64,000 nucleotides of DNA from an uncultured Smithella sp. GTDB taxonomy: Bacteria > Desulfobacterota > Syntrophia > Syntrophales > Smithellaceae. The stretch is from positions 12,413 through 76,412 of the forward strand of contig CAZIJZ010000004.1 in NCBI GenBank assembly GCA_964539765.1, in the 5' to 3' direction. A program made the translations under genes and the position numbers. Position 1 is the stretch's first letter, and each line of letters opens with the position of its first letter. The notes beneath the pieces were generated by a model. The model was given only the letters and a program-made list of their open reading frames with translations, was not told the origin of the DNA and searched no databases. Positions 7,839 through 18,063 of the stretch are shown one piece after another.

Positions 7839-8606
7839 ATGGAACAATATAATACAATACAGTGGGAAATCGTTGAAAAAGGATTGGGCGTTCTGACGCT
7901 CAACCGGCCGAAAGCATACAACTCGGTGGATGGCGAGATGCTGGACGAATTGCAGGCTTTCTGGCATACGCGGTTGTACGATCTCGAGACCCTGGTTATC
8001 ATATTAAAAGGCGCCGGTGAAAAAGGTTTTTGCGCCGGCCTGGACATGAAATACACCGTTGAAAATATGGATCTGTTTCGTCAGGCCAATGAGTTCTATA
8101 AGTTTCAGGCCCGTCTGGGACGTTTAAATCTTGCCATGCGCAGGGCCCCCCAGCCCATCATCGGTCTGGTTCACGGAGCAGCGGCCGGCGTAGGATTCAG
8201 TTTTGCTTTAGCTTCCGATATCCGCATCATATCTCCCGATGCCCGGTTTTGCGCCGCTTATATTAACATCGGCCTGGGGGGAGCGGATATGTGCTGCAGC
8301 TACCTCCTGCCGCGTATCATTGGAGCCGGTCGGGCTTATGAGATTATGTATCTGGGCGAATTTATATCCAGCGAAGAAGCGATGAACCTGGGGATGATCA
8401 GCAGGATTGTTCCCCGGGAAGACCTGTATGCCACCGGCCTGCAAATAGCCCGAACCATGCTGAGCAAGAATCACTTTGCCTTAAGGCTGACCAAGGAAGC
8501 GATCAATATGAATCTGGATGCCGGCGGCATGGAGCAGGCATTGAACATGGAAGACAGAAATCAGGTTCTGATCACTCTGGCATCCGGGTTGAAATCGACC
8601 GTTTAG
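7839..8606 (+). CDS. Enoyl-CoA hydratase/isomerase (crotonase family), divergent paralog
   Basis: 255 aa. Motifs LKGAGEKGFCAGLDM and VHGAAAGVGFSFALASD. AAAGGAG RBS. Confidence 0.85.
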   Translation: MEQYNTIQWEIVEKGLGVLTLNRPKAYNSVDGEMLDELQAFWHTRLYDLETLVIILKGAGEKGFCAGLDMKYTVENMDLFRQANEFYKFQARLGRLNLAMRRAPQPIIGLVHGAAAGVGFSFALASDIRIISPDARFCAAYINIGLGGADMCCSYLLPRIIGAGRAYEIMYLGEFISSEEAMNLGMISRIVPREDLYATGLQIARTMLSKNHFALRLTKEAINMNLDAGGMEQALNMEDRNQVLITLASGLKSTV

Positions 8607-8648
8607 ACAAAAAACAAAAGCCATTTGTTCATCCGTAAAAGCATGATG

Positions 8649-8680
8649 GACCCCCGTGTCTCTCTTAGAGGACGGGGGTC
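8649..8680 (+). terminator. Terminator-like hairpin
   Basis: GACCCCCGT / ACGGGGGTC 9-bp GC-rich stem with a 14-nt loop, followed by TATGCTTTCGG. Located 43 nt after the stop codon. Confidence 0.5.
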
Positions 8681-8921
8681 TATGCTTTCGGATAAAACCG
8701 CAGCATCGAGCGATCGATTGATTGTTGTTGCCCCTGCTTGAACATAAAAGGCCGGGTGCGGGCAAAACCGTTATTATTCAACATTGATGATCAGCACTCT
8801 TTCCTGTTCATACTTTTCTGATAGCCACTTCTTGCAGGCCTGGTTCATATATCGATGAACCATAAAAGGTTGACATATATTTTCGATTATATTAATTGTA
8901 CGAATATCCCGAGAGAAAGAT

Positions 8922-9332
8922 ATGCTTAATTTTAAAAACATTTTATATCCTATTGATCTGGATTCCGACAATATTTCCTCCTTGGAAAAAGCTCTGGAGT
9001 TTGCCCGGTCGCTTAACTGTTCCATCCACATATTATACGTTAATGATGTTCTGGCCGGTTATCGTCATCCGGCAGACCACGAAGATGCCGTTGCCCTGAA
9101 AGTCAAGGATACCGTGGATGAATCCATTCTGGAAAACATGGACATTATTTATGCCGTATCGAAAGGCGACGCAGCGGAAGAAATTGTCAAATATGCACAA
9201 AATAACAGCATTGATCTGATCATCATCGGCCATAAGCACCGCGGCAAACTTTATGCGAATCTGTTTGACAGCACCGATGTGGACACGATCGATAAAGCGT
9301 CCTTGCCCGTTTTAGTTCTTCCGGAAAAGTAA
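8922..9332 (+). CDS. Universal stress protein (UspA family)
   Basis: 136 aa. ILYPIDLDS...HILYV...DLIIIGHKHRGKL...STDVDTIDKASLPVLVLP is typical Usp architecture. Confidence 0.8.
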   Translation: MLNFKNILYPIDLDSDNISSLEKALEFARSLNCSIHILYVNDVLAGYRHPADHEDAVALKVKDTVDESILENMDIIYAVSKGDAAEEIVKYAQNNSIDLIIIGHKHRGKLYANLFDSTDVDTIDKASLPVLVLPEK

Positions 9333-9409
9333 TTTCTAAAACCGAATCAGCAGCCGGGAAAATCGCATGATCCACGATGGTTAATCAATACGGACAACAA
9401 GGTGAAAAA

Positions 9410-10465
9410 ATGAATTTAATGAAGGACGTTTACTGGGGCAATATGGTACAAGATTGGCTGATCGCCCTATCCATATTCATCATCATATTTATCGTTCTAA
9501 AAATCATTCAAACGGCTGCTGTCCGGAAACTTTCACGCCTGGCCTTGTCCACGGATACTCAGGTTGACGACCTTCTGGTCAGCATGCTCAAACAAACAAA
9601 ATTTTTTATTCTGCTGATCGCTTCAGCTTATATCGCCACATTAACCATTACGTTTAAACCTTCCATCAACGGCTTATGGGAGAAAATTGTCATTCTGGCG
9701 TTAATATTACAGGCCGGTTTCTGGGCCAGTGCAGGAATCGCTTTCGTCATCGGCAATGTCGTCAAGAAACGTTCCGAAGAAGATTTCTCGAGCAAAACAA
9801 CCATTACCTTTCTGGGATTTGTTGCCCGTTTTGTTCTTTGGATTGTTATTCTGCTTCTGATCCTTGACAACCTCGGCGTCAATATTACCGGCCTGGTCGC
9901 GGGGCTGGGAATTGGAGGCGTCGCTGTGGCTCTTGCAGTTCAAAACATCCTGGGCGACCTGCTGGCTTCTCTTTCCATCGTTCTGGACAAACCCTTTGTC
10001 ATCGGCGATTTTATCGCCGTTGATTCTCTTTCCGGTACCATTGAACACATCGGGTTAAAAACCACAAGAATCCGCAGTCTCAGCGGAGAACAACTGATTT
10101 TCTCCAACAATGATCTCTTAAAGAGCCGTGTTCGCAATTACAGGCGAATGTCTGAAAGACGCATTATTTTCAGTTTCGGTGTGGTTTATCAAACGTCCCT
10201 GGAACAATTGAAAGAAATCAAAACCATCGTCAGGGGAATTATTGAAAAAACGGGAACCGCCCGATTCGACCGTGTTCATTTCAAGGAATACGGCAATTCA
10301 TCCCTCAACTTTGAAGCGTCGTATTTTGTCAAAAGCTCCGATTACAGCACCTATATGGATGTTCAGGAATCAATCAACCTGGAAATATTCCGAAGATTCC
10401 GGGAAGAAGGTATTGAATTCGCTTATCCGACCAGGACGGTTTTTATCCAGGACGAAAAACATTAA
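9410..10465 (+). CDS. Mechanosensitive ion channel (MscS family)
   Basis: MscS core GLGIGGVAVALAVQNILGDLLASLSIVLDKPFVIGDFI...GTIEHIGLKTTRIR preceded by N-terminal TM helices. I prefer ATG 9410 (AAGGTG upstream) over the track start 9377. Confidence 0.85.
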   Translation: MNLMKDVYWGNMVQDWLIALSIFIIIFIVLKIIQTAAVRKLSRLALSTDTQVDDLLVSMLKQTKFFILLIASAYIATLTITFKPSINGLWEKIVILALILQAGFWASAGIAFVIGNVVKKRSEEDFSSKTTITFLGFVARFVLWIVILLLILDNLGVNITGLVAGLGIGGVAVALAVQNILGDLLASLSIVLDKPFVIGDFIAVDSLSGTIEHIGLKTTRIRSLSGEQLIFSNNDLLKSRVRNYRRMSERRIIFSFGVVYQTSLEQLKEIKTIVRGIIEKTGTARFDRVHFKEYGNSSLNFEASYFVKSSDYSTYMDVQESINLEIFRRFREEGIEFAYPTRTVFIQDEKH

Positions 10466-10467
10466 AG

Positions 10468-11904
10468 ATGATGAAATTTCTCAATCTTGTTTTAATATCA
10501 TCCATGACGCTGACGTTCCCCGCCGCCGTTTTTGCAGGGGGGGGCGGATTGGAATCCGCTGAGACGGAAATCGGCACATTACTGCCTCTCTGGACAACAT
10601 TGCCTTTTACAGGCATACTGCTTTCCATCGCGCTGATCCCTCTTGTTTTCCCCCGATTCTGGCATCATCATTTTCCGAAGGTGTCTTTCTTCTGGGCAAT
10701 CGTCTTTGCTGTACCGTTTATTTATTTTTTCAGAGAAAGAGCGCTGTATGAAATCGCGCATATTATTATCATAGATTACGTCCCCTTTATTCTGCTCTTG
10801 TGGGCCTTGTTTACCGTATCCGGGGGAATTTATGTCGGAGGCACCCTAAAAGGAACTCCGGCCGTGAACACCATGATACTGCTCATCGGCACCTTACTGG
10901 CATCCGTCATCGGCACCACAGGCGCGTCCATGCTGCTCATACGCCCTATTCTGCGATCCAATGCCTGGCGGGTTTATAAAGTGCATACCATTGTGTTCTT
11001 TATTTTCCTGATCGGCAATATCGGCGGTTCGCTTACTCCCCTGGGAGATCCGCCTCTGTTTCTCGGATTTCTGCACGGTGTGCCTTTTTTCTGGACGCTG
11101 CATATTTTACCGGAAATGATTTTTGCCGGGGTGGTGCTGTTACTTCTTTATTTCATCCTCGATTCTTACTACTACCGCAAAGAAAGCAAAACAGCGGTGC
11201 CCGATACGGCATTTGAACCTTTAAAGATCGAGGGCGGCCGTAATTTTATTTTTCTGGCGGGAATTATCGGAGCCGTTTTATTCAGCGGCAGTATAAAACT
11301 GGGAGAAATAAATATCCTGGGTATCCATCAGACGATAGAAAACTTAATCAAAGACGCATTATTGATTCTGATGGGATGGGCATCGCTGAAATTGACACAA
11401 CAGGACGTCCGCAAAAACAACGAGTTCGGCTGGGCGCCGATTCTGGAAGTCGCTTATCTTTTTGCCGGAATTTTCATAACGATTATACCGGCGCTGGCCA
11501 TTCTGAAAGCCGGTGAAGAAGGCGCCCTGCACTGGCTGATAAAAGCGGTGGACTCCCCTGCGCAATATTTCTGGGCAGTCGGAATACTGTCCAGTTTTTT
11601 GGATAATGCCCCCACTTATCTTACTTTTTTCAACAGCATGCTGGGTAAATTCTATCCGGGAATGCCCGAACCTGCGGCGGTTGCTCTGTTAATTGTTGAA
11701 AAAATCCCCCATCTGGCCGCCATTTCCGTGGGCGCGGTTTTTATGGGCGCCAATACCTACATAGGCAATGCGCCGAATTTCATGGTCAAATCCATTGCTG
11801 AAGAGGCCGGCATCAAGATGCCCAGTTTCTTCGGCTATATGTTTAAATATTCAATTCCTGTCCTGCTTGTCCTGTTTATCGTTATGACCTTTATATTTTT
11901 CTAG
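10468..11904 (+). CDS. Polytopic ion transporter, ArsB/NhaD-superfamily-like (putative Na+/H+ antiporter)
   Basis: 478 aa with about 11-12 hydrophobic helices. It starts 2 nt after the MscS stop. The family call rests on overall resemblance only. Confidence 0.55.
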   Translation: MMKFLNLVLISSMTLTFPAAVFAGGGGLESAETEIGTLLPLWTTLPFTGILLSIALIPLVFPRFWHHHFPKVSFFWAIVFAVPFIYFFRERALYEIAHIIIIDYVPFILLLWALFTVSGGIYVGGTLKGTPAVNTMILLIGTLLASVIGTTGASMLLIRPILRSNAWRVYKVHTIVFFIFLIGNIGGSLTPLGDPPLFLGFLHGVPFFWTLHILPEMIFAGVVLLLLYFILDSYYYRKESKTAVPDTAFEPLKIEGGRNFIFLAGIIGAVLFSGSIKLGEINILGIHQTIENLIKDALLILMGWASLKLTQQDVRKNNEFGWAPILEVAYLFAGIFITIIPALAILKAGEEGALHWLIKAVDSPAQYFWAVGILSSFLDNAPTYLTFFNSMLGKFYPGMPEPAAVALLIVEKIPHLAAISVGAVFMGANTYIGNAPNFMVKSIAEEAGIKMPSFFGYMFKYSIPVLLVLFIVMTFIFF

Positions 11905-12012
11905 TTACCCGGAGACAAGCCATCCGGCTGACTTGCTAATTTCGTACTCACGGATAATCTTTATTTAACCGCGGATGATGAAAATTTTCTTGCTTTTACC
12001 TGCCTGAAGCCG

Positions 12013-12756
12013 TCATTTGACGGAATAACCGCGGCTTTCCAGACAGGCCGCGATGGCCCTTCTATATTCTGCTCTTGCCTGCATCATTTCATCGGCAGAA
12101 AGATCTGAAGGAATGTTTGTCGGATCATAATCGGTCTGTTCCATTGCCTCCTGATGGCATTCATACCGGTCGAAATCACGCTGTTTTTCACTTTGCCCCT
12201 TACTGGGATAGATAAAGAGCCGGTCATCAATGAAATCTTCGTCTTCTTCCTCCGTGGCCGGAGGATTTTCCACGACCTCACCCGGAGGCGGATTCACAAC
12301 CACATAGCCTCCCGGCGTTTGCGAGTAATAGGTTCCATTCGCGTAGTAGTAAGGCATTCCCTGCACCCGGAGGGTGGTGTAAAATAACGGTAAAAACGGC
12401 ACAAAAATTCCGATCGGCGGAGCGATCACCTCATACAACCCACGGTACGGTCTGTACCAGACGCCATGAGAAGAAGAATAATAACGAGAGCTTCCGTGAC
12501 GTATCACCCTGTGATCGCGAGGAAGAGATCTGAAATAATGACCACGGGTGGGATATGCGCGATTATGGCTGTGACGTGCATCAAAAATTTTCTTCTGGTG
12601 GAAGGTTGATCCTCTTTTAACGGCGCGCATGGACGATTTTTTGGGAGGCTGCGCCTGTGACGCAGGGACAGAAACCAATGCGCTCACGAAAATCAACATT
12701 AATAAGGAAAGCGCAATGGCAAAACACTTTTTTAAGTTGAAATTTCCTGAAATCAT
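12013..12756 (-). CDS. Secreted protein with C-terminal two-Cys motif (paralogous C-terminus to 12781..13365)
   Basis: Start moved to ATG 12756 (AAGGAGG 5 nt upstream). Signal peptide ends in ...ASQAQ. The C-terminus DRYECHQEAMEQTDYDP...RRAIAACLESRGYSVK is shared with the neighbouring gene. Confidence 0.65.
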   Translation of the reverse strand: MISGNFNLKKCFAIALSLLMLIFVSALVSVPASQAQPPKKSSMRAVKRGSTFHQKKIFDARHSHNRAYPTRGHYFRSLPRDHRVIRHGSSRYYSSSHGVWYRPYRGLYEVIAPPIGIFVPFLPLFYTTLRVQGMPYYYANGTYYSQTPGGYVVVNPPPGEVVENPPATEEEDEDFIDDRLFIYPSKGQSEKQRDFDRYECHQEAMEQTDYDPTNIPSDLSADEMMQARAEYRRAIAACLESRGYSVK

Positions 12757-12780
12757 CGTAACCTCCTTAGGCATGAGAAA

Positions 12781-13365
12781 CTATTTTACCGTATATCCGC
12801 GACCTTCCATGCAGGCGGACATGGCCCGCCGAAACTGCAGGGCTTTTTTCTCCCTGTGGAAATCGCGTCCCTGATTGCGGTTACTATAAGCCTCTTCCAT
12901 TTGTCTGGCGGCTTCAACCCGGGAAGCGTCAGAAATCATTCCGGCCATGGCGCCACCGGCCGCTCCGATCAAAGCCCCGCCGCCGACATGCCTCGGTCCG
13001 GCAATTAACGCACCCAGCACCGCTCCGGCAATCGACATGGCCAGTGTATCCTGTCCCGGCGGCGGCATGGGAACAACACGGACACGCTGTTCCGGTACAA
13101 TGGACGACACGCTGGGATCAAAACCGGTTTGTTCCATGGCCCAGTCATAGCACGCGTAATGATCACGTGATTGCAGATCCGCAGACTGATTACGATTGGG
13201 ATAAAAATAAATTTGAGTAATGGCTCTGATGTTTTCATCCTGGACCGGCTGGCTGATGATTTGCTCCTGCGGGTAATAATAACAGGAACTGACTATAAAA
13301 ATGACGGCAAGAGAAAAAAATATTTTCCATTTTTCATTCATTTTTCCGAAGAATATCTTGTGCAT
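12781..13365 (-). CDS. Lipoprotein with glycine-zipper segment and the same C-terminal two-Cys motif
   Basis: Lipobox IVSSC. Gly-zipper AGAVLGALIAGPRHVGGGALIGAAGGAMAGMI. DHYACYDWAMEQTGFDP...RRAMSACMEGRGYTVK. GGGAGG RBS. Confidence 0.7.
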   Translation of the reverse strand: MHKIFFGKMNEKWKIFFSLAVIFIVSSCYYYPQEQIISQPVQDENIRAITQIYFYPNRNQSADLQSRDHYACYDWAMEQTGFDPSVSSIVPEQRVRVVPMPPPGQDTLAMSIAGAVLGALIAGPRHVGGGALIGAAGGAMAGMISDASRVEAARQMEEAYSNRNQGRDFHREKKALQFRRAMSACMEGRGYTVK

Positions 13366-13594
13366 GGTTTTTCCTCCCTGGCCCTGTTAAATTTTTTCAC
13401 TGTTTGTATTAATGATAGCACTTTTTGATTTTTAATTAAATCAATTAAAATAATGCATCAAAAGGATTCGTTTTGGTTTATACTACCAGTACATGGCTCA
13501 ATCATCATTTTACGATTGACATACATATTCGTCGTCTTTATGTTTACCTGCCGGCATCAACGTTTTCGTTCAGGCAGATTCGCGGAGCGCAATC

Positions 13595-14932
13595 ATGAAT
13601 AACATTATAATGAAAATTCGACGGCTCGTAAATTTCATCGCCAATGACATCTGGAGAATCCGCCGCTCTCAGCTTTCTTCCGGCAAATCTTTCCTGATCA
13701 AACAAATGAGGGTTCTGATTCTTTCCGTCAAAGGTTTTCACGAGGATAAATGTCAGTTGCGCGCTTCCGCCCTGACATTTTACACTCTGATTTCGATCGT
13801 TCCCGTTGCCGCCATGGCCTTCGGCATTGCGAAAGGTTTCGGGCTGGAGAAAGTCCTGGAAACACAACTGCGAAGCAAACTGACCGGGCAGGAGGAAATC
13901 GTTGCCAGCATCATAAAATTTTCTCATTCTCTTCTGGAAAAAACCCAGGGAGGTCTGGTCGCCGGCGTCGGTCTGATTATTCTTGTCTGGGCCGTTTTCA
14001 AACTTCTGGGACAGATTGAGTCTTCTCTCAACGATGTCTGGAAAATAAAAGAAAAACGCTCGATCAGCCGCATGTTTGGCGATTATTTAGCTCTGATGAT
14101 CATTTGTCCCGTCCTGCTCATTCTTTCCAGCAGCACAACTGTATTCATCACCACCCAGGTGAATGTGATTCTGGAAAAATTCACGATTCTGGGAAGTTTC
14201 AGCGCCTTCATCTTCTTTTTACTGAAGCTTCTGCCCTATGTGCTAATGTGGCTTCTTTTCACCTTTCTTTATATTTTTATGCCGAATACCAAAGTCCGTT
14301 TTGCTTCCGGACTCGTTGCCGGCATTATCGCCGGGACCATTTTTCAGATTTTGCAATGGTCGTACATCACCTTTCAAATCGGCGTGGTTCATTATAATAC
14401 CATCTACGGAAGTTTTGCCGCGTTGCCGCTTTTTCTGGTCTGGCTCCAACTGAGCTGGACCATTGTTTTATACGGAGCGGAAATATCGGTTGCCTATCAG
14501 AATGCGGACATCTACGAATTTGAGCCGGATTTTCTGCAAGCCAGCCATCGCCTCCGGAAAACGCTTTCTCTTCTGGTAACGAGCCGTTTGATCAAAAATT
14601 TTGTCCGCGGCGAAAAACCGTTGACAGCGCTGGAAATTTCCGACCAGTTGGAAATTCCTATTCGTTTTGTCAATGAAATCCTTTTCGATCTGGTAAAAAG
14701 TCAAATCCTTTCTGTTGCGGAAATCGAGGGGAAAGGCAGGCGCGGTTATCAGCCGGCGATCGATGTCGGCTCCCTGACCATTCAGTACGTCATCGACGCC
14801 CTCGAAACAAAAGGACTCAACTCGCTATCCGTCGCTGATCATGATGGACTCCAATCACTGGCCGAGTCCATGGACGCTTTCCGCAGAAAGATTGAAACGC
14901 TTCCCGAAAACAAATTTTTAAAGGATATTTGA
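13595..14932 (+). CDS. YihY/BrkB-family inner membrane protein with soluble C-terminal extension
   Basis: 445 aa. LRASALTFYTLISIVPVAAMAFGIAKGFG plus six TM helices, then a roughly 130-aa hydrophilic tail. Confidence 0.8.
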   Translation: MNNIIMKIRRLVNFIANDIWRIRRSQLSSGKSFLIKQMRVLILSVKGFHEDKCQLRASALTFYTLISIVPVAAMAFGIAKGFGLEKVLETQLRSKLTGQEEIVASIIKFSHSLLEKTQGGLVAGVGLIILVWAVFKLLGQIESSLNDVWKIKEKRSISRMFGDYLALMIICPVLLILSSSTTVFITTQVNVILEKFTILGSFSAFIFFLLKLLPYVLMWLLFTFLYIFMPNTKVRFASGLVAGIIAGTIFQILQWSYITFQIGVVHYNTIYGSFAALPLFLVWLQLSWTIVLYGAEISVAYQNADIYEFEPDFLQASHRLRKTLSLLVTSRLIKNFVRGEKPLTALEISDQLEIPIRFVNEILFDLVKSQILSVAEIEGKGRRGYQPAIDVGSLTIQYVIDALETKGLNSLSVADHDGLQSLAESMDAFRRKIETLPENKFLKDI

Positions 14933-14966
14933 GTTCATCATCGCAGAATTATAAATAAGGATAACC

Positions 14967-15548
14967 ATGGAAACAATACTGGGAATAGCGGTGGGCATCG
15001 GGTTGAGTGCGGCATGCGGATTCAGGATTTTCGTTCCGCTGCTGATCATGAACCTGGCGGTTCTGAGCGGACAGATTCAACTGCCGGCGGGATTTGCCTG
15101 GATCGGCAGCATCTACGCGACCATTGCTTTTGCTTCCGCCACCTTTATCGAAGTGCTCGGCTATTACATACCCGGCGTTGATCATATTCTGGACATCATC
15201 GCCACACCCGCCGCGGTCATTGCCGGAACAATCACCACGGCGTCCATGAGCATGCAGATATCGCCATTTCTGAAATGGACCCTGGCGCTCATTGCCGGCG
15301 GCGGGATAGCAGGGCTGGTGCAAGGCTCCACAGTTGCTCTGCGCGCAAAATCCTCCGTGACAACGGCGGGAACCGGTAATGTCATCGTCGCCACGCTGGA
15401 ACTGATCGGAGCGGTCATCATTGCCGTCATGGCTATTCTTCTTCCCCTTGTCTGTCTGGCAATGATCCTGTTATTTATCGTCTTTGTTTTTAAGAAAGTT
15501 GGCGCATTCCTATTCAGAAAACCTGAAAAATCCGATAAAGCAACCTGA
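14967..15548 (+). CDS. DUF4126-family membrane protein
   Basis: 193 aa. GLSAACGFRIFVPLLIMNLA followed by Gly/Ala-rich TM helices, as is typical of DUF4126. Confidence 0.7.
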   Translation: METILGIAVGIGLSAACGFRIFVPLLIMNLAVLSGQIQLPAGFAWIGSIYATIAFASATFIEVLGYYIPGVDHILDIIATPAAVIAGTITTASMSMQISPFLKWTLALIAGGGIAGLVQGSTVALRAKSSVTTAGTGNVIVATLELIGAVIIAVMAILLPLVCLAMILLFIVFVFKKVGAFLFRKPEKSDKAT

Positions 15549-15688
15549 CAAAATTATATCATCACCGAACGGCAACCGCTGGATTTTTCAGATGCCTGAT
15601 TTTATGCCTTCCAAAAGCTCTAAACAAAAGGGGATATGCTCCCTTTATATCAGGAGCATATCCCTTTCGTCTGATTCGAATCTATTGA

Positions 15689-16291
15689 TTATTTCGCCGG
15701 AGCCGCTTCAGGAGCGCTCATGCCCAAAGTCTCCATAATCTTGAGAGCCTTGTCTTTTAAAGCGGTGGCCATGCTGACTGCGTTACTGAAATCGCCGCTG
15801 GTAAAACTCGTCTGAGCGTTGGCCCATTCATCCTTGGCCGAAGCCAGAGTGGCTTTCGCTTCTTCAAACTTTTCCTTGGTCAGGTCTGCCGGCAGCTTTT
15901 TAAGTTTGGAAAGACCATCAACCTTGCCCTGAATGTCTTCAAACATCTGGGGAAGCCCCTGACTTATTTCCGTCCATTTCCTGGTCAGTTCTTCCTTCTT
16001 CGCTTTTGCCGCGTCCAGAACTTCCTTGGCCTTAGCGGAAAGAGCAGTCGCTTCTTCCAAAGCGGCTTTGTATTCGCCTTTAACAAATTTTTCTTTTACA
16101 ACGGCAAGTGAATCCTCAAGGGATTTGACTTCGTCCGGGACAACTTTGACTGCTTCAGCCTTGGTGACATTAACGGCTTCTTCCGCTGCTTTGATCGCGA
16201 TATCTGCCGCGTTTTTTCCACCGGAACACGAAATCAAAAAGAATACACTCACGCACAACGCAACTGCCAAACAAAAAGTCTTCTTATTCAT
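15689..16291 (-). CDS. Alpha-helical lipoprotein, function unknown
   Basis: Signal peptide with lipobox LISC, then an Ala/Lys/Glu-rich helical repeat-like sequence. Confidence 0.7.
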   Translation of the reverse strand: MNKKTFCLAVALCVSVFFLISCSGGKNAADIAIKAAEEAVNVTKAEAVKVVPDEVKSLEDSLAVVKEKFVKGEYKAALEEATALSAKAKEVLDAAKAKKEELTRKWTEISQGLPQMFEDIQGKVDGLSKLKKLPADLTKEKFEEAKATLASAKDEWANAQTSFTSGDFSNAVSMATALKDKALKIMETLGMSAPEAAPAK

Positions 16292-16797
16292 AGAAATTCA
16301 TCCTTTCAATTTTTTAAAAGTATGGAACTTATTTAATCTTTACCAGATATTTTGTACTGCACGTTTTTCCCCACACTTAATTCTTTTCGATTTCTTCAAT
16401 TTGCGCCCCGGCGTCACCCCCTTCTTGCGTTTTTCTGTCTTATTAATCATTTTTTCCACGCCGGTCAACTGAAAAGAGCAAGTATTTTTCAGTTGTTTTG
16501 GAGAGGAAATACACATCGGGCAAGTCCCTTTCAGTGCTTTGGCTAAAACGCGATCCTATTTCTCCATGAAACTTTTTCCGCAAACATTTCATTTTAGACT
16601 ATTCATGGTCTTGACTTTAAGACGTTTTATAAGATATGCAGTATCCGGTTTTTTTCATTTTTACAAACAGGCTGAAGCAACTCGCGGCAACAGCCCAAAC
16701 GTGTACGTTCAGATTGAAGAAAATACTTCTGAAAAGTCTGTCTGAAAATCCAGATTCAAAAGAAGAAAAATAATTATAAGGATAAGGAGATTGGAAA

Positions 16798-18051
16798 ATG
16801 AAGGATGTAGTCATTGTTTCAGCGTGCAGAACGGCCATAGGAACATTCGGGGGATCATTAAAAAACATAATCGGAGCCCGTATTGCGGCGGTCGTCATGA
16901 AGGAAGCCATCAAACGGGCCGGAATAGAGCCCGGTATCATTGATGATGTTCGATTCGGCTGTTGTATTGAAGATTGTAACACTCTGAACACCGCCAGGGT
17001 GGGAGCCCTTCTGGCCGGCATTCCGGAAAGTGTGACCGCCGTTACGATGAATCGTGTTTGTATCTCCGGCATGGAAGCCGTGCTTTCCGGTGCGGCTATG
17101 ATTCAGGCCGGGATGGCCGATGTTATTCTGGCGGGCGGTGTGGAGCATATGTCCGGTGTGCCTTATGTGAGTTTTGGCGCCCGGTGGGGATGTCGTCTTC
17201 AGGACTCCGTTTTTGTCGATGCCATGATCCGCGCACTGCATTGCGGTTCCTATATCATGCCGCTTTCCGACGACGGCCCCGTTAAATCAGGCCAGCCTTA
17301 TGAAAGTTTAAAGGGCAAACCCTACATTATGGGACATACCACGGAATTGATCGCCCAGTTGTTGAACATCAGCCGTGAAGAAATGGACGAGGTCGCCCTG
17401 CGCAGCCATAACAATGTCGAACGCGCCACTAAGAATGGTGACTTTAAAGATGAAATCGTGCCGATAGAGCTCCCGCAGAAAAAGGGCAAACCGCCTGTCA
17501 TTTTCGACAAGGATGAACATTTCCGCCCCGGCTTGACCATGGATCAGTTGAAGGCCCTGCCGTCTGCTTTTATCCCCAAAGTCGGCAAAGTAACAGCCGG
17601 CAATTCCTCAGGGCTTAACGACGGCGCTTCCGCCATGATCATTATGTCGGCGGAGAAAGCCAAGGAATTGGGACTGAAACCGATCGCCAGAATCCGCTCC
17701 TGCGGACGGGGCGGCTGCCATCCATCCGTGATGGGCTTAAGTCCGGTTCCGGCCGTAAAAAACCTGCTCAAAAACGACCCGAAACTGAGTTTGGATGCTT
17801 TTGAACTGCTGGAAGTCAACGAAGCCTTTGCCGGCCAGTATCTCGGTTGTGAAAAAGAACTCGGAATAAATCGTGAAATTACCAATATCAACGGCAGCGG
17901 CATCGGACTTGGCCACCCGGTTGGCTCCACGGGCTGCCGGATAATGGTTACGCTGATTCATGCCATGCAAAAACACGGCAAGACTCTTGGATTGGCCACG
18001 CTTTGCGGCGGCGGCGGTGTTTCCATGGCCACGGCTATTGAAATTTTATAA
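16798..18051 (+). CDS. Acetyl-CoA C-acyltransferase (thiolase)
   Basis: 417 aa. VIVSACRTAIG, the active-site region NRVCISGMEA, GHPVGSTGCRI and LCGGGGVSMA. AAGGAGA RBS. Confidence 0.9.
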   Translation: MKDVVIVSACRTAIGTFGGSLKNIIGARIAAVVMKEAIKRAGIEPGIIDDVRFGCCIEDCNTLNTARVGALLAGIPESVTAVTMNRVCISGMEAVLSGAAMIQAGMADVILAGGVEHMSGVPYVSFGARWGCRLQDSVFVDAMIRALHCGSYIMPLSDDGPVKSGQPYESLKGKPYIMGHTTELIAQLLNISREEMDEVALRSHNNVERATKNGDFKDEIVPIELPQKKGKPPVIFDKDEHFRPGLTMDQLKALPSAFIPKVGKVTAGNSSGLNDGASAMIIMSAEKAKELGLKPIARIRSCGRGGCHPSVMGLSPVPAVKNLLKNDPKLSLDAFELLEVNEAFAGQYLGCEKELGINREITNINGSGIGLGHPVGSTGCRIMVTLIHAMQKHGKTLGLATLCGGGGVSMATAIEIL

Positions 18052-18063
18052 GACTGATTTCCT

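Noticed and set aside
14830-14850. Third and fourth occurrences of ATGATGGAC(T/C)CC (14834-14845 and 8643-8654), resembling the core of the 4412/7022 element
   Set aside because: Only about 12 nt match. One lies inside the YihY coding sequence and the other is part of a terminator stem. This is probably chance.
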